In this document: one piece after another, positions 10,272 to 20,740 of the stretch
Layout: each line of letters begins with the position of its first letter
Numbering within the stretch: position 1 is the first letter of the stretch
Notes under the pieces: generated by a model
Databases searched by the model: none
The model's input: the letters and a program-made list of their open reading frames with translations, nothing else
What the model was told of the DNA's origin: nothing
Source: Anaerolineae bacterium
GTDB lineage: Bacteria > Chloroflexota > Anaerolineae > Anaerolineales > UBA4823
Assembly (NCBI GenBank): GCA_003327455.1
Contig: QOQU01000002.1
Span: 231,963-295,962, forward strand
Length of the DNA: 64,000 nucleotides
Reading direction: 5' to 3'
Program-made: the position numbers and the translations under genes

Positions 10272-11645
10272 TTATCCACAGCCCCTTTCGTGTGCGTAGG
10301 CTTCGTGTAAGGGGATAACCGTTCCACTTTGTTCGGCAGCGATGTTTTCTAACATACGGGTAGTGACCGATTTGGGACGTTCAATTGGGGCACCCAATGC
10401 CCTCGCCCATACCGTATTCGCCGTTACCCCTAAAATGCGGCTCACTCCAAAGAGAACGGTATAAAATCCGCCTCGATCGTTCTCCTGGCTATCCATTACT
10501 CCAAAATATCTTTGAAGGACCCCACTGATTGCATCAACATTTGGCCAGGGGTCTTTCGCCTTTCCTTGCTGGCGAAGTACCTCTGGCACGACTTCATAGA
10601 CCAATTTAGCCAGGCGGAATAGATCATAATCAGGCATCACTTTTTCGCCATATTCGAGCTGAGCGGTGAAGCGTGGATCAGTAATGCGCAAAATGGCATG
10701 ACCATAACCCGGGATCACTTTTCCAGAATTTAGCGTTTCCCAGGCATATTCAGCCATTTGCTCTCTGGTAGGTACTCCTTGATACTTCTGGTAAACCTCT
10801 AATAACCACTCCATAGCTTCCTGATTGGCGCGACCATGTAACGGACCGGCCAGTCCATTTAAACCTGCAGAAACAGCGTAGTAGACATCCGAGAGTGTGG
10901 AAGAAACCAGATAGGTGGTATGTGCGCTGACATTACCGCTTTCATGATCAGAATGAATAATAAAATATAGCCTGGACAGATCATAATACTGCTGATTTTC
11001 TACCCCTATCATGGTTCCGAAATTTGCTGCCCAATCCAAATCTGGTTTTGGTTTGACGATTTGTCCCTCTCGAAATTTATAGTTATATATGAAGGCTGCA
11101 ATTGCGGGAGCCCGCGCAGTTAAGTCAAGGCTATCCTCCAAAGTAGGTATCCAATAATCCTCTTTTCTCAAGCCACGATCATATTCCCTGGTAAAGTGCG
11201 ATTCTCGCTCCATTGCCAGGATTGCCTGTGAGAACAAGGCCATAGCACTCGTATCCCTTGGCATGGCTCGAATAACGTCGTAGACATATTCAGGCACGTT
11301 TTGCCTTTTCTTCCATTCTTCTTCAACTTCCATCGCCTCTTCATAGGTCGGGATTCGGCCCACTAACAGCAAATAATACAATCCACCGAGAAACGGCATC
11401 TCATCGCCCGCTTGTTTTGGGAGCAGTTGCAGCAATTCGGGAATCGTATAGCCTCTCAAACGAATTCCTTGATTGGGATCAACGCAGGAAATATCCGTAA
11501 CCAGCGCCTTGACGTCTCGAATGCCGCCAAGGATTTGAGCGATATTGATCTCGGCAACTTTTACATTCCCATACTCCGTAATTAAACGCTTCAAGCGGGC
11601 TTTCCATCCAGGAAGTTGATCTTCGATCTGTTTCTTGAGATTCAT
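10272..11645 (-). CDS. gltA: Citrate synthase (eukaryote-like / type I long form)
   Basis: Contains the motifs GGIRDVKAL, HSDHESGNVSAHT and GYGHAILR. ATG 11645 has a GGAG Shine-Dalgarno. The track's TTG at 11672 overlaps the mdh stop. Confidence 0.9.
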   Translation of the reverse strand: MNLKKQIEDQLPGWKARLKRLITEYGNVKVAEINIAQILGGIRDVKALVTDISCVDPNQGIRLRGYTIPELLQLLPKQAGDEMPFLGGLYYLLLVGRIPTYEEAMEVEEEWKKRQNVPEYVYDVIRAMPRDTSAMALFSQAILAMERESHFTREYDRGLRKEDYWIPTLEDSLDLTARAPAIAAFIYNYKFREGQIVKPKPDLDWAANFGTMIGVENQQYYDLSRLYFIIHSDHESGNVSAHTTYLVSSTLSDVYYAVSAGLNGLAGPLHGRANQEAMEWLLEVYQKYQGVPTREQMAEYAWETLNSGKVIPGYGHAILRITDPRFTAQLEYGEKVMPDYDLFRLAKLVYEVVPEVLRQQGKAKDPWPNVDAISGVLQRYFGVMDSQENDRGGFYTVLFGVSRILGVTANTVWARALGAPIERPKSVTTRMLENIAAEQSGTVIPLHEAYAHERGCG

Positions 11646-11668
11646 GCTCTGCTCCACTTCTTGATGAT

Positions 11669-12595
11669 TCAATATTTCAATTTTGCAATGTTCTCCATAA
11701 CACTCGCCGCCGATTTTCGCAAGGCTTCTTTCTCGCTCTCGGTGAGTGAATATTCGATGACCTTTTCCACACCATTTCGTCCGATTTGGGTCGGTACGCC
11801 AAAGTAAATATCGCTTAGACCGTATTCTCCCTGGAGATAGGCAGAGATCGGCGCAATCAGATGCTTATCGCGCAGCACTGCTTCGACCATTTTTGCAACA
11901 GCCACCCCTGGGGCATAAAAAGCGCTACCCATCTTCAAAAGGCTGACAATTTCCCCCCCACCCTTCCGAGTTCTATCCACAATTGCTGCCAACTTCTCAG
12001 CGGGCAAGATCTGGTCAAGCGGTACACCTGCCACGTTAGAAATGTGGGTTAGAGGAACCATTTCGTCTCCATGCCCCCCCAGCACATAACAATGGACGTT
12101 CTCTACGCTGACCTTTAATTCCTCCGCCACAAAGGTTGCCATCCGCGTTGAATCCAATATTCCTGCCTGCCCAAATACACGGCTAGAGGGCAAACCGGTC
12201 ACCTTCCAGGTAAGATAGGTCATAACGTCTAAAGGATTGGTCAAAATAATATAGATTGCATTCGGCGAATGCCGGATCGTATTTAATGCCGCTTGACGAA
12301 CGATATCTGCATTTGCAGCCAGCAGATCATCACGACTCATGCCTGGTTTGCGAGGTAACCCTGCAGTAATCACAATCACATCCGAATTTTCGGTCAGTGA
12401 ATAGTCCGTTCCGCCAGTAACTTTGACATCCTTTCCTACAACGGGCATGGCTTGTTGAAGGTCTAAAGCTTTGCCCTGAGCCAGGCCTTCGACGACATCG
12501 ATCAATACAATATCCGCAATCTCAAGTTCTGCCAGCCAATGCGCAGTTGTCGCCCCGGTCATTCCCGCCCCAATGATAGACACCTTCGATCTCAT
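11669..12595 (-). CDS. mdh: Malate dehydrogenase (LDH-like family)
   Basis: MRSKVSIIGAGMTGATTA is the Rossmann motif, and the sequence also carries the PRKPGMSRDDL and GGHGDEMVP motifs. A GGAGG Shine-Dalgarno precedes ATG 12595. Confidence 0.93.
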   Translation of the reverse strand: MRSKVSIIGAGMTGATTAHWLAELEIADIVLIDVVEGLAQGKALDLQQAMPVVGKDVKVTGGTDYSLTENSDVIVITAGLPRKPGMSRDDLLAANADIVRQAALNTIRHSPNAIYIILTNPLDVMTYLTWKVTGLPSSRVFGQAGILDSTRMATFVAEELKVSVENVHCYVLGGHGDEMVPLTHISNVAGVPLDQILPAEKLAAIVDRTRKGGGEIVSLLKMGSAFYAPGVAVAKMVEAVLRDKHLIAPISAYLQGEYGLSDIYFGVPTQIGRNGVEKVIEYSLTESEKEALRKSAASVMENIAKLKY

Positions 12596-12608
12596 TTTTC
12601 CTCCTTGC

Positions 12609-13601
12609 TTAGGCATTGACCTTTTCGGTCATTTGTTCCTGCAGGTAGTGAATCGCGCGCATGGCGGCTGCTGCTCCCATCCCAGCCGATGTGATTACCT
12701 GACGGAAATGCGGATCGGCTGCTTCACCCGCCGCAAATACACCCGGAATACTGGTCTGCATTAGATGGTCGATAACCAGATAACGACCGGCATCCATTTC
12801 GAGTTGACCCTCAAAAAGTTGGGTATTGGGTGAATGGCCTATAAAGATAAAAACACCATCCGTCTCCTTCAACCACGTCTCGCCGGTTTGGACATTTTTC
12901 AAACGCACCTGTTTGACAGAATCTTCACCGATAATTTCAGTTACAATCGTGTTGTAGAGAAACGATATTTTTGGATTTTCCATCGCTCGTTTTTGTAAAA
13001 TAGCCCCAGCCCGCAGAGAATCTCGGCGATGAACAATTGTGACACTCCGGGCATACCGGGTGAGGAAAATACTCTCCTCCAAAGCAGAATCACCGCCTCC
13101 AACGACAATCACATCTTTATCCTTAAAGAACCATCCATCACAGGTTGCACAGTAAGACACTCCCTTCCCGGTCAGTTCTTTTTCACCAGGAACGTTCAAA
13201 TGGTTTGGAGTGGCTCCTGTGGCAATAATCAAGGTATCTGCCAGGTAAGTTTTTGAGTATGCCTTCACCACAAAAGGACGCTCACTTAGATTAACTTCGG
13301 TGGCAAGGTCGAAATCGATTCTCGCCCCAAAGCGTTCGGCTTGTTTTTGAAATAACTCTACCAGTTCCTGTCCACCAATACCATCGGGGAAGCCAGGGTA
13401 ATTTTCCACGGTGTAGGTCAATGATACCTGCCCCCCCAGCTCCATGCCAGCCAGGACAACGGGATTGGTATCAGCCCGGGCAGCATACAGTGCCGCTGCC
13501 AACCCGGCTGGTCCAGATCCCAGCACCAGCACCTTTACACGTTCGACTTTTGAATCCTCGGTAGATGATATAGGCGAAACGCCACTGAAACTAATTTTCA
13601 T
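12609..13601 (-). CDS. trxB: Thioredoxin-disulfide reductase
   Basis: Contains the FAD motif VLGSGPAGLAAA, the redox-active CATCDG motif and the NADPH motif VVGGGDSALEE. Confidence 0.93.
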   Translation of the reverse strand: MKISFSGVSPISSTEDSKVERVKVLVLGSGPAGLAAALYAARADTNPVVLAGMELGGQVSLTYTVENYPGFPDGIGGQELVELFQKQAERFGARIDFDLATEVNLSERPFVVKAYSKTYLADTLIIATGATPNHLNVPGEKELTGKGVSYCATCDGWFFKDKDVIVVGGGDSALEESIFLTRYARSVTIVHRRDSLRAGAILQKRAMENPKISFLYNTIVTEIIGEDSVKQVRLKNVQTGETWLKETDGVFIFIGHSPNTQLFEGQLEMDAGRYLVIDHLMQTSIPGVFAAGEAADPHFRQVITSAGMGAAAAMRAIHYLQEQMTEKVNA

Positions 13602-13692
13602 GGTCTTTCCCTTTCTTGTAAAGCGGATTTTTGCACAATGTTAGATGCGATTTTGTAAGTAATTGTTACAATTTCGGATAACAGCGCTCAAT

Positions 13693-13721
13693 ATTATACC
13701 GTTCCGATTAACTGTTTTGAA
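13693..13721 (-). promoter_or_regulatory. Candidate promoter for trxB-mdh-gltA (TTCAAA-17-TATAAT)
   Basis: On the minus strand, the -35 TTCAAA is at 13716-13721 and the -10 TATAAT is at 13693-13698. It would give a 5' UTR of about 85-90 nt that contains the palindrome AATTGT-T-ACAATT. Confidence 0.3.
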
Positions 13722-13795
13722 AGTTATTTCGCTTGACTTTTATGGTATGTTAATGCAGAGCAAGCTGAAATTGTGTGCAGCAGGGTTAACTGGTT

Positions 13796-16522
13796 ATGGT
13801 CTCAACAAAATCGCCTTCCTTCCAATCCTGGCTAAGGTTTGTTTCGCCTCCAGTAGACGATAGATTTAGAAACGCTGTGCGAGAATTTTCCCATTCCCTG
13901 GGGAATATCGACAATTTTGTCGATTTTTATCGCTTGCTTGAAGCAACACTTGCGAAGACCGTTTCGCCGCAATTTTTCTACCTTTTCCTATGGAAAGAGG
14001 AAACAAGTAATTATGTCCTTTATTCGCCAGGTAAACTCTCGTCGGAAGAAATCTCCTTTCCCGAAAACTCTCCTTTCGTAGACCTGCTCAGAAAAAGAGG
14101 GCGTAGCATCGCTCTCTTTGCTGATGAAACGATACCCAAATTATCCCAAAATGACCGCGCCAAATTAACCCTTCTGGAAATCAACCTCTGTTTTCCATTT
14201 CTGCGTACGAATCAATTAATCGGTTTTCTTGGTTTAGGAGGGCAGTCTCAAAAGCTTAAATATACTCGTCAAGAAGTGGATTTTGTCGACGAATTATGCC
14301 GGATATCGGCGCTCTTAATCCATCATTTGCTGGATAAGGAGCAGGTCCAGCAACAAATCCAGCAAATGGAAATCATCAATCGGCTTGCTCAAGGAATTAA
14401 CGTCACTTTACATTTCGATGATCTACTGGAGTTGATCTTTACCCAAACAGAAAACATCCTGCCCTTAACCGATTTCTGGTTATCTACCTACAATTCAAAC
14501 GGGCCACTATTTTCCTTTGCCATTGTGGTCGAAGAGGGCGAACGCCGCTTCGAACAAGAAAATGTTCTCCTTGATGTCAATGAATACTTAGAAAAGGTAG
14601 TTTTACAAAAAGCTAAACCTCTACAGACCGATGATTACAACCAAACCGCCCGGCTGCATGGTATTCCTCCAAAGTATCCGTATCTGCAATCCTGGATGTG
14701 TGTCCCCCTGCTTTCAGGCAAAGATACTTTAGGCACAATCAGCATCGGACATCGTTCGATTGGAATTACTTATTCAAGAAAGCAGCTTCAGATACTCCAG
14801 GCAATAGCAGATCAAACTGCAGCGGCTCTGATCAAATCCAGGCTATTACAGACCACTCAGACTCAAGCTCAGAGAATGACTGCCCTGAACGACATTGGAC
14901 GCAGTTTAACCGCCTCGCTAGAATTGGAGAAGATTTTAGATATCGTTCAAAAACAAGGGCAACCACTGATTCCCTGTGATCAGTGGCTTGCATTGATTTT
15001 CGATGAGACCAGTGGCGATTTTTTATCGCCAACCCCGAATGGTTTACAAAAAATCCAATTAGATTCCCGCACCTTTGAAGCTATCCAAAAATCTATCCAA
15101 TCTGGACAAACTGTAATTCAACGAATTGAACCAACCGATGAGAACGAACATGTAAGACAACTCTTAATCAACCCTCTCTTTATCGAAAAACGCTTGATTG
15201 GACTGCTTTTATTAACCAGATATTCAAAAACACAACCTTTCATTCAAGATGATCAAGAACTCATCACCACCCTGGGAAATCAGGTCTCCATTGCTCTGGC
15301 TAACGCCCTCAAGTATGCTCAGACCGATCAGGCGTTGCAATCAAGGCTGAACGAACTGGCGACCTTACAACAGATCGATCGCGAACTCAACGCCAGTCTG
15401 CAAATCGAGCGAACACTTGAAATTACCATACACCATGCACTCCGTCAATCACAAGCCGAAGCCGGCGTCATCGGCTTGATCAAGGAAAATCAATTTCACA
15501 TAATCCACTCAATTGGCTATGCAAAGAATCCATCTGCGACATATCCACTAGAGGACTTACCCTTTGATTGGTCAACCGTTGATGCTCAAATAACCTCACA
15601 GAGCACTTTCTTAGAGAATGGACAAAAGACCGCGATCTTTCCCCTGGTCAGAGAAGAACGCATCATTGCCCTGCTCATTTTAGAAAGTCAACGGAACGAT
15701 TTTTGTCCCTCAGATACACAATCCTTTCTTACTCGTCTTTGCTCGCACGCGGCTATAGCTTTATCGAACGCAATCTTATATTCAGAAGTCCAACAAGCCA
15801 ATACCGCGAAAAGTGAATTTGTTTCACTCGTCTCTCATGAACTCAAAACGCCGATGACGGCGATTAAGGGATATGCGGATCTGATCGCTCAAGGGGCTGT
15901 CGGGCCAATCAACGAAGTGCAGGCAAATTTCCTATCCACGATTCGCGCCAATGTGAACCGGATGGCAAATCTTGTTTCGGATTTAGCCGATATATCCCGG
16001 ATTGAAGCCGGTAAATTACATTTAGAGTTTGAGTCCGTCTCAATTCACGATGTACTTCAAGAAGTCATTCGTACAATCTCAACACAATTGGAAGAAAAAA
16101 AGCAACAAATCATTCTAGATCTGCCTTCAGACCTGCCCTCTGTATGGTGTGATCGCAATCGATTAATCCAAATTTACAACAACTTAATCAGCAATGCGAT
16201 CAAGTATTCACCTGCCGAAACAAAGATCGAAGTCCGCTGTATTGAATCAACCAACCCAAAACAGGAACAGGCCCAACAGCGAGTAATCTTATCTTCCGTC
16301 CATGATCAAGGGGTAGGAATTTCGCCCGAAGATCAAGCGAAGATCTTCCAGAAATTCTTTCGCGCTGAAGATCCAAAAGTACGTGAAAATCCAGGCACCG
16401 GTCTTGGGTTGAATATAACGAAATACCTGGTCGAAATTCAAGGTGGACAAATTTGGTTCGAAAGCCAGTTAGGAATTGGCACAACCTTCTACTTCACCAT
16501 CCCAATTGTTTCGGTTGATTAA
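13796..16522 (+). CDS. Multi-GAF-domain sensor histidine kinase (no adjacent response regulator)
   Basis: The C-terminus has a HisKA H-box (SHELKTPMTAIKGY) and HATPase N, G1 and G2 boxes (NLISNAIKYS, DQGVGI, GTGLGLNI). The preceding ~650 aa consist of repeated GAF-like modules. The start codon is uncertain. Confidence 0.85.
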   Translation: MVSTKSPSFQSWLRFVSPPVDDRFRNAVREFSHSLGNIDNFVDFYRLLEATLAKTVSPQFFYLFLWKEETSNYVLYSPGKLSSEEISFPENSPFVDLLRKRGRSIALFADETIPKLSQNDRAKLTLLEINLCFPFLRTNQLIGFLGLGGQSQKLKYTRQEVDFVDELCRISALLIHHLLDKEQVQQQIQQMEIINRLAQGINVTLHFDDLLELIFTQTENILPLTDFWLSTYNSNGPLFSFAIVVEEGERRFEQENVLLDVNEYLEKVVLQKAKPLQTDDYNQTARLHGIPPKYPYLQSWMCVPLLSGKDTLGTISIGHRSIGITYSRKQLQILQAIADQTAAALIKSRLLQTTQTQAQRMTALNDIGRSLTASLELEKILDIVQKQGQPLIPCDQWLALIFDETSGDFLSPTPNGLQKIQLDSRTFEAIQKSIQSGQTVIQRIEPTDENEHVRQLLINPLFIEKRLIGLLLLTRYSKTQPFIQDDQELITTLGNQVSIALANALKYAQTDQALQSRLNELATLQQIDRELNASLQIERTLEITIHHALRQSQAEAGVIGLIKENQFHIIHSIGYAKNPSATYPLEDLPFDWSTVDAQITSQSTFLENGQKTAIFPLVREERIIALLILESQRNDFCPSDTQSFLTRLCSHAAIALSNAILYSEVQQANTAKSEFVSLVSHELKTPMTAIKGYADLIAQGAVGPINEVQANFLSTIRANVNRMANLVSDLADISRIEAGKLHLEFESVSIHDVLQEVIRTISTQLEEKKQQIILDLPSDLPSVWCDRNRLIQIYNNLISNAIKYSPAETKIEVRCIESTNPKQEQAQQRVILSSVHDQGVGISPEDQAKIFQKFFRAEDPKVRENPGTGLGLNITKYLVEIQGGQIWFESQLGIGTTFYFTIPIVSVD

Positions 16523-16545
16523 TTCCCTGCCTTACCCTAAAAAGA

Positions 16546-16581
16546 AGTTGGTTCAAGGAGCTTTGGCTCCTTGAACCAACT
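16546..16581. terminator. Bidirectional hairpin terminator between the convergent kinase gene and trpB2
   Basis: A perfect 15-bp stem pairs AGTTGGTTCAAGGAG with CTCCTTGAACCAACT around a 6-nt loop. It is flanked by an A-rich run upstream and a T-rich run downstream. Confidence 0.7.
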
Positions 16582-16609
16582 TTCTCAATTAAGCGTCATT
16601 GCTTCGTAT

Positions 16610-17983
16610 CTAAGCGGCAAGCTGAACTTTTGGTAAGTACTCCATCGCCTTCTTCACTTCTTCCTCTGGATAGGAATAATCTTCGAGCTTGCCATCCAGA
16701 TAAGCCTGGTAAGCAGACATATCAAAATTGCCATGCCCGGAAAGGTTGAACAAGATGATGCGTTCTTCTCCTTTCTTCTTTGCATCGAGAGCCTCATCAA
16801 TCGCCGCGCGAATCGCGTGGGCGCTTTCCGGAGCTGGAATGATTCCTTCTGCTCTCGCAAATTGTAACGCTGCTTCGAAGGTTGCCAATTGTTTAACCGC
16901 TACAGCCTCAATATATCCGGCATCATAAAGGGCACTCACCGTTGGCGCCATACCGTGATACCTTAAGCCGCCGGCGTGAATCGGGGCAGGCATAAATGTA
17001 TGTCCCAGCGTATGCATCTTAACAATCGGTGCCATTCTGGCAGTATCTCCATAATCAAAGGTATAAACACCTTTTGTTAGAGAAGGCGTTGCTGCTGGTT
17101 CAACAGCCACAATGCGGGTTTTCTTTCCTTCCAATAAATTCAAACGCAGAAATGGAAAGGCAATCCCGGCAAAATTTGAACCGCCACCAACACAACCAAT
17201 CACGACATCTGGGTATTCCCCCGCCATGTCCATTTGTTTTAGAGCCTCTTCGCCTATCACCGTTTGATGGAGTAAGACATGGTTTAGAACACTACCCAAA
17301 CTGTATTTCTTTTTACCCCCCGAAGTCGCAGCCACTTCCACGGCTTCTGAGATTGCGATACCAAGTGAGCCGTTCGAGTTGGGGTCTTTTTCTAAAACCG
17401 AGCGACCAAACTGGGTGAGATTGGTCGGAGAGGCGTAAACCTTTGCCCCATAACTCTCCATCATAATCCGCCGATAGGGCTTTTGGTGGTACGAGACTTT
17501 AACCATATAAACTTCCAGGTCTAGATCAAAAAAGTTACAAGCCAGGGCTAACGCAGACCCCCATTGTCCAGCACCGGTTTCAGTTGTCAGGGCATGGGTT
17601 CCAGCAATTTTATTATAGAAAGCCTGTGCAATTGCCGTATTCGGTTTATGGCTGCCAGCCGGAGAAGCTCCTTCATATTTATAGTAAATATGGGCAGGAG
17701 TTTGAAGGGCTTTTTCCAGGCGCCGAGCGCGGATCAGAGGAGTTGGACGATAAAGCTTATAGATCTCGCGCACCTCTTCCGGAATTTCTATGTAACGTTC
17801 TGTGCTGACTTCTTGAAGAATTAACTCCATCGGGAAAAGCACAGACAAAAAATCCGGAGTAACTGGTTCTAAGGTTTGCGGGTGCAAAACTGGTGCAGGA
17901 GCGACCGGCATATCGGCATTGATGTTATACCAATACTTCGGTAAATCGCTCTCACTAAGTAAAAAACGGGTTGTCTCAGACAT
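16610..17983 (-). CDS. trpB: TrpB-like tryptophan synthase beta chain, type 2 (TrpB2), stand-alone
   Basis: The N-terminus [13 protein letters not shown] and the overall length (~457 aa) are typical of TrpB2. PLP-fold motifs are present ([14 protein letters not shown]). A GAGGAGG Shine-Dalgarno precedes ATG 17983. No trpA or other trp gene is nearby. Confidence 0.9.
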   Translation of the reverse strand: MSETTRFLLSESDLPKYWYNINADMPVAPAPVLHPQTLEPVTPDFLSVLFPMELILQEVSTERYIEIPEEVREIYKLYRPTPLIRARRLEKALQTPAHIYYKYEGASPAGSHKPNTAIAQAFYNKIAGTHALTTETGAGQWGSALALACNFFDLDLEVYMVKVSYHQKPYRRIMMESYGAKVYASPTNLTQFGRSVLEKDPNSNGSLGIAISEAVEVAATSGGKKKYSLGSVLNHVLLHQTVIGEEALKQMDMAGEYPDVVIGCVGGGSNFAGIAFPFLRLNLLEGKKTRIVAVEPAATPSLTKGVYTFDYGDTARMAPIVKMHTLGHTFMPAPIHAGGLRYHGMAPTVSALYDAGYIEAVAVKQLATFEAALQFARAEGIIPAPESAHAIRAAIDEALDAKKKGEERIILFNLSGHGNFDMSAYQAYLDGKLEDYSYPEEEVKKAMEYLPKVQLAA

Positions 17984-18023
17984 GTTCAGCCTCCTCATTC
18001 AATTAGATTTAACTACTTGAAAT

Positions 18024-18353
18024 AAAAAACGCGCTCATCCCACGATGGGGACGAACGCGCTGTCCGCGGTGCCACCCCGGTTAGGCAGCCTCTTAATTAA
18101 AAATCCCGTTGGTGTTGCAACGGGAAAAAACAGGCCAGCCTCACTCATTACGGGTACAGGCCAATCATGACCGATACCCTTTCCCATGATAACGGCGGTT
18201 GCGCCGGCATAGGCTACTTGGGACGACCCTTTCGCCTTGCACTCAGAGGCCCATTCAGCTACCTCGTGCTTGCAAGGATTCCACCTTCCCTTGCTCTCTG
18301 AAAAGCCGTAAGCAGCTTACTTTTCCTCGTCAACGTTTTCGGGTAGTGAATTG
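18024..18353 (-). promoter_or_regulatory. T-box riboswitch leader with Trp (UGG) specifier and intrinsic terminator
   Basis: Read on the minus strand:
- Stem I carries the elements CAGAGAGC...GGTGGAA.
- The specifier loop GAA-UGG-G (codon at 18251-18253) is closed by GAGG/CCUC.
- The conserved T-box sequence GGGGTGGCACCGCGG is at 18064-18078.
- A 12-bp terminator stem plus U6 spans 18024-18059, about 40 nt before the trpB2 ATG. Confidence 0.85.
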
Positions 18354-18359
18354 TGCGTC

Positions 18360-18387
18360 ATTATATGCATTTTCCTTATTCTGTCAA
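18360..18387 (-). promoter_or_regulatory. Consensus promoter for the Trp T-box/trpB2 transcript (TTGACA-16-TATAAT)
   Basis: On the minus strand, the -35 TTGACA is at 18382-18387 and the -10 TATAAT is at 18360-18365, immediately upstream of T-box Stem I. Confidence 0.6.
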
Positions 18388-18470
18388 GGAAAAATGCGGA
18401 CAAATCCTAAATTTTACAGGAGATAAAAAGTTTTATCTCTCAGCCAATCAGGAGCATAACAAAAGAATTG

Positions 18471-18983
18471 TTACGACAAGATGGGAGGTTTCCGCCTGAC
18501 ATAATCTATAAATTGAAATGCAAAAGCATGTCTCTCATCGACCGGATGGTCGAATCGGTAAACAATCTCCCATTCACTCTCATCCCAGGGCGGAAAAAAT
18601 GTATCTGCTTCTACGATTGTCAAGACCTTGGTCAAATACATCTTGTCGGCAACAGGCAAGGCCGTCTTGAATACCTCTGCTCCTCCAGCAATGAAAACCT
18701 CATTCTCCTTAGCCTGGCGGCAGATATCTAGCGCAGATTCTAAATTTTTGGCCATCAACACATCTGGTTGGGAATATTCTCGTTTGCTTCTAGAAAGAAC
18801 AATCATTTTGCGTCCTCTCAGAGGTTGCCCAATTGACTCATAGGTCTTTCGACCAACGATCAAGTAGTGCCCCATGGTCAATTGCTTGAATCGTTTTAGA
18901 TCATCCGGTAAATGCCATGGTAAACGGTTTCTCCATCCAATTCCCCCTCGCTCATCCATAGCGACAATGATCGAGAGTTTCAA
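18471..18983 (-). CDS. folA: Dihydrofolate reductase
   Basis: The N-terminus is [52 protein letters not shown]. The start overlaps the thyA stop by 4 nt. Confidence 0.93.
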   Translation of the reverse strand: MKLSIIVAMDERGGIGWRNRLPWHLPDDLKRFKQLTMGHYLIVGRKTYESIGQPLRGRKMIVLSRSKREYSQPDVLMAKNLESALDICRQAKENEVFIAGGAEVFKTALPVADKMYLTKVLTIVEADTFFPPWDESEWEIVYRFDHPVDERHAFAFQFIDYVRRKPPILS

Positions 18984-19774
18984 ACAGCTACCTCAGCAGG
19001 GATATGAGGATGAGAACGATAGTTGACCAATTCAAAATCCTCATACCTGAACGCAAAAATATCCTTAACTTCAGGATTAATTTTCATTTGGGGCAGAGGA
19101 TACGGTTCACGGCTGAGTTGCAATTTCGCCTGCTCAATATGGTTGAGATAGAGGTGAACATCTCCAAAAGTATGAACAAACTCTCCAGCCTGCAATCCGG
19201 TGACTTGTGCCACCATCATGGTCAAAAGCGAATAGGAAGCAATATTGAACGGAACCCCTAAAAAAACATCCGCTGAACGTTGATAGAGCTGACAGGAGAG
19301 GCGACCATTCGCAACATAAAATTGAAACAGGCAATGGCAAGGCGGTAATGCCATCTTTTCCAACTCGGCAACGTTCCAGGCGCTAACGATCAGCCGTCTC
19401 GAATTGGGATTATGCTGAATATCATGCACTACCTGAGCAATTTGATCTATCGTCTTTCCATCCGCTCCCCGCCAGGATCTCCATTGTGCACCGTAAATCG
19501 GGCCTAAATCGCCATTCTCGTCTGCCCATTCATTCCATATTCGCACGCCATGTTCCTGAAGGTAACGCACATTCGTATCTCCCTGCAGGAACCAGAGCAA
19601 TTCATAGATTACAGACTTGAGATGGATTTTTTTCGTGGTCAGGATTGGAAATCCGTCCTCCAGGTTGAACCGCATCTGATATCCAAACACTGATAATGTC
19701 CCCACGCCGGTGCGATCTTGCTTCTTAACCCCATTGTTCAAGATGTGGGCTAATAAATCTAAATAGGCTCTCAT
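18980..19774 (-). CDS. thyA: Thymidylate synthase (ThyA type)
   Basis: Contains DRTGVGT, the active-site motif [12 protein letters not shown], and [15 protein letters not shown]. Confidence 0.95.
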   Translation of the reverse strand: MRAYLDLLAHILNNGVKKQDRTGVGTLSVFGYQMRFNLEDGFPILTTKKIHLKSVIYELLWFLQGDTNVRYLQEHGVRIWNEWADENGDLGPIYGAQWRSWRGADGKTIDQIAQVVHDIQHNPNSRRLIVSAWNVAELEKMALPPCHCLFQFYVANGRLSCQLYQRSADVFLGVPFNIASYSLLTMMVAQVTGLQAGEFVHTFGDVHLYLNHIEQAKLQLSREPYPLPQMKINPEVKDIFAFRYEDFELVNYRSHPHIPAEVAV

Positions 19775-19782
19775 TTTTCACC

Positions 19783-20727
19783 TCAGTCCTTTTGTTCCGG
19801 AACCATTGAACTGAGTACTTGCCGAGCTTGTAAAATGTCACGCTGGATTTGCTCCACCAAAGCATCTTTCGATGGAAAACGTCTCTCATCACGTAAACGG
19901 TCTAGAAATTCCAGGGCTAAGACTTCCTGATATAAATCTGCCTCAAAATCTAATAGATGAGCCTCTACTCGAGGGGCTACCGGCTCACTCTCAAAAGTAG
20001 GCCGCACACCCACATTCACAACAGCCCCATATCGTTGATGGTTGACGATTGCATAACAGACATAGACGCCATGCAATGGAACAGCGCGCTCAGCCAGGAT
20101 ATCCAGATTAGCAGTTGGGATTCCCAAACTTCTGCCACGTCCATCTCCTGGGATAACTTTGCCACTCAAGAAAAACGGCCTTCCCAACAGAGCGTTTACC
20201 TTAGCGATATTCCCTTCGCCTAAGAGAGAACGCAGGTAACTCGACGAAACGATTTCACCATTGACACGAACCGGCGGTATCACATGCAACTCAAAATCCA
20301 ATTCCAGACCAAGTTCAGCCAGGTGCTGCACTGTTCCCTCTCGTTTTTTCCCCAAAGCGAAATCATACCCCACAACCAGTTCACGAAAGGCAATTTTCTC
20401 CTTCAAGTTAGTCAGGAATTCTCTAGCTGAGAGATTTGCCACCTCGAGGTTGAAGGGGTGCGTCACAACTATATCTACCCCCAAATTCGCGAGGATATCC
20501 GCTTTCTCTTCGGGAGTGGAAAGATAAAAACGCCCTTCTTTCTTCCCCAACACCCGATCAGGATGAGGGAAAAAAGTAACAACGATTGCAGGCAATCCTG
20601 TCTGATTTGCTCTGGTCACCAATTGGCGGATGATCTCCTGGTGGCCCAGGTGCACTCCATCAAAGGTACCAATAGAAACACAAGACCCTTCCAGGAAGAG
20701 ATCATCCAACGACCAGATATGGCGCAT
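19783..20727 (-). CDS. ribF: Bifunctional riboflavin kinase / FMN adenylyltransferase
   Basis: The N-terminal motif is GTFDGVHLGHQ. The C-terminal riboflavin kinase motifs are GRSLGIPTANL and GVYV...NVGVRPTF. Confidence 0.93.
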   Translation of the reverse strand: MRHIWSLDDLFLEGSCVSIGTFDGVHLGHQEIIRQLVTRANQTGLPAIVVTFFPHPDRVLGKKEGRFYLSTPEEKADILANLGVDIVVTHPFNLEVANLSAREFLTNLKEKIAFRELVVGYDFALGKKREGTVQHLAELGLELDFELHVIPPVRVNGEIVSSSYLRSLLGEGNIAKVNALLGRPFFLSGKVIPGDGRGRSLGIPTANLDILAERAVPLHGVYVCYAIVNHQRYGAVVNVGVRPTFESEPVAPRVEAHLLDFEADLYQEVLALEFLDRLRDERRFPSKDALVEQIQRDILQARQVLSSMVPEQKD

Positions 20728-20740
20728 AGAAATTCATCAA

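Noticed and set aside
13663-13675. Palindrome AATTGT-T-ACAATT in the trxB/kinase intergenic region as a redox-regulator (Rex-like) operator
   Set aside because: It does not match the Rex consensus (TTGTGAA-N4-TTCACAA). It is short, AT-rich and present as a single copy here, which is insufficient evidence for a specific call.
18199-18426. 75-aa plus-strand ORF upstream of trpB2
   Set aside because: It is antisense to the Trp T-box leader and its promoter. It has no Shine-Dalgarno and a low-complexity, basic composition. The T-box explains the region better.
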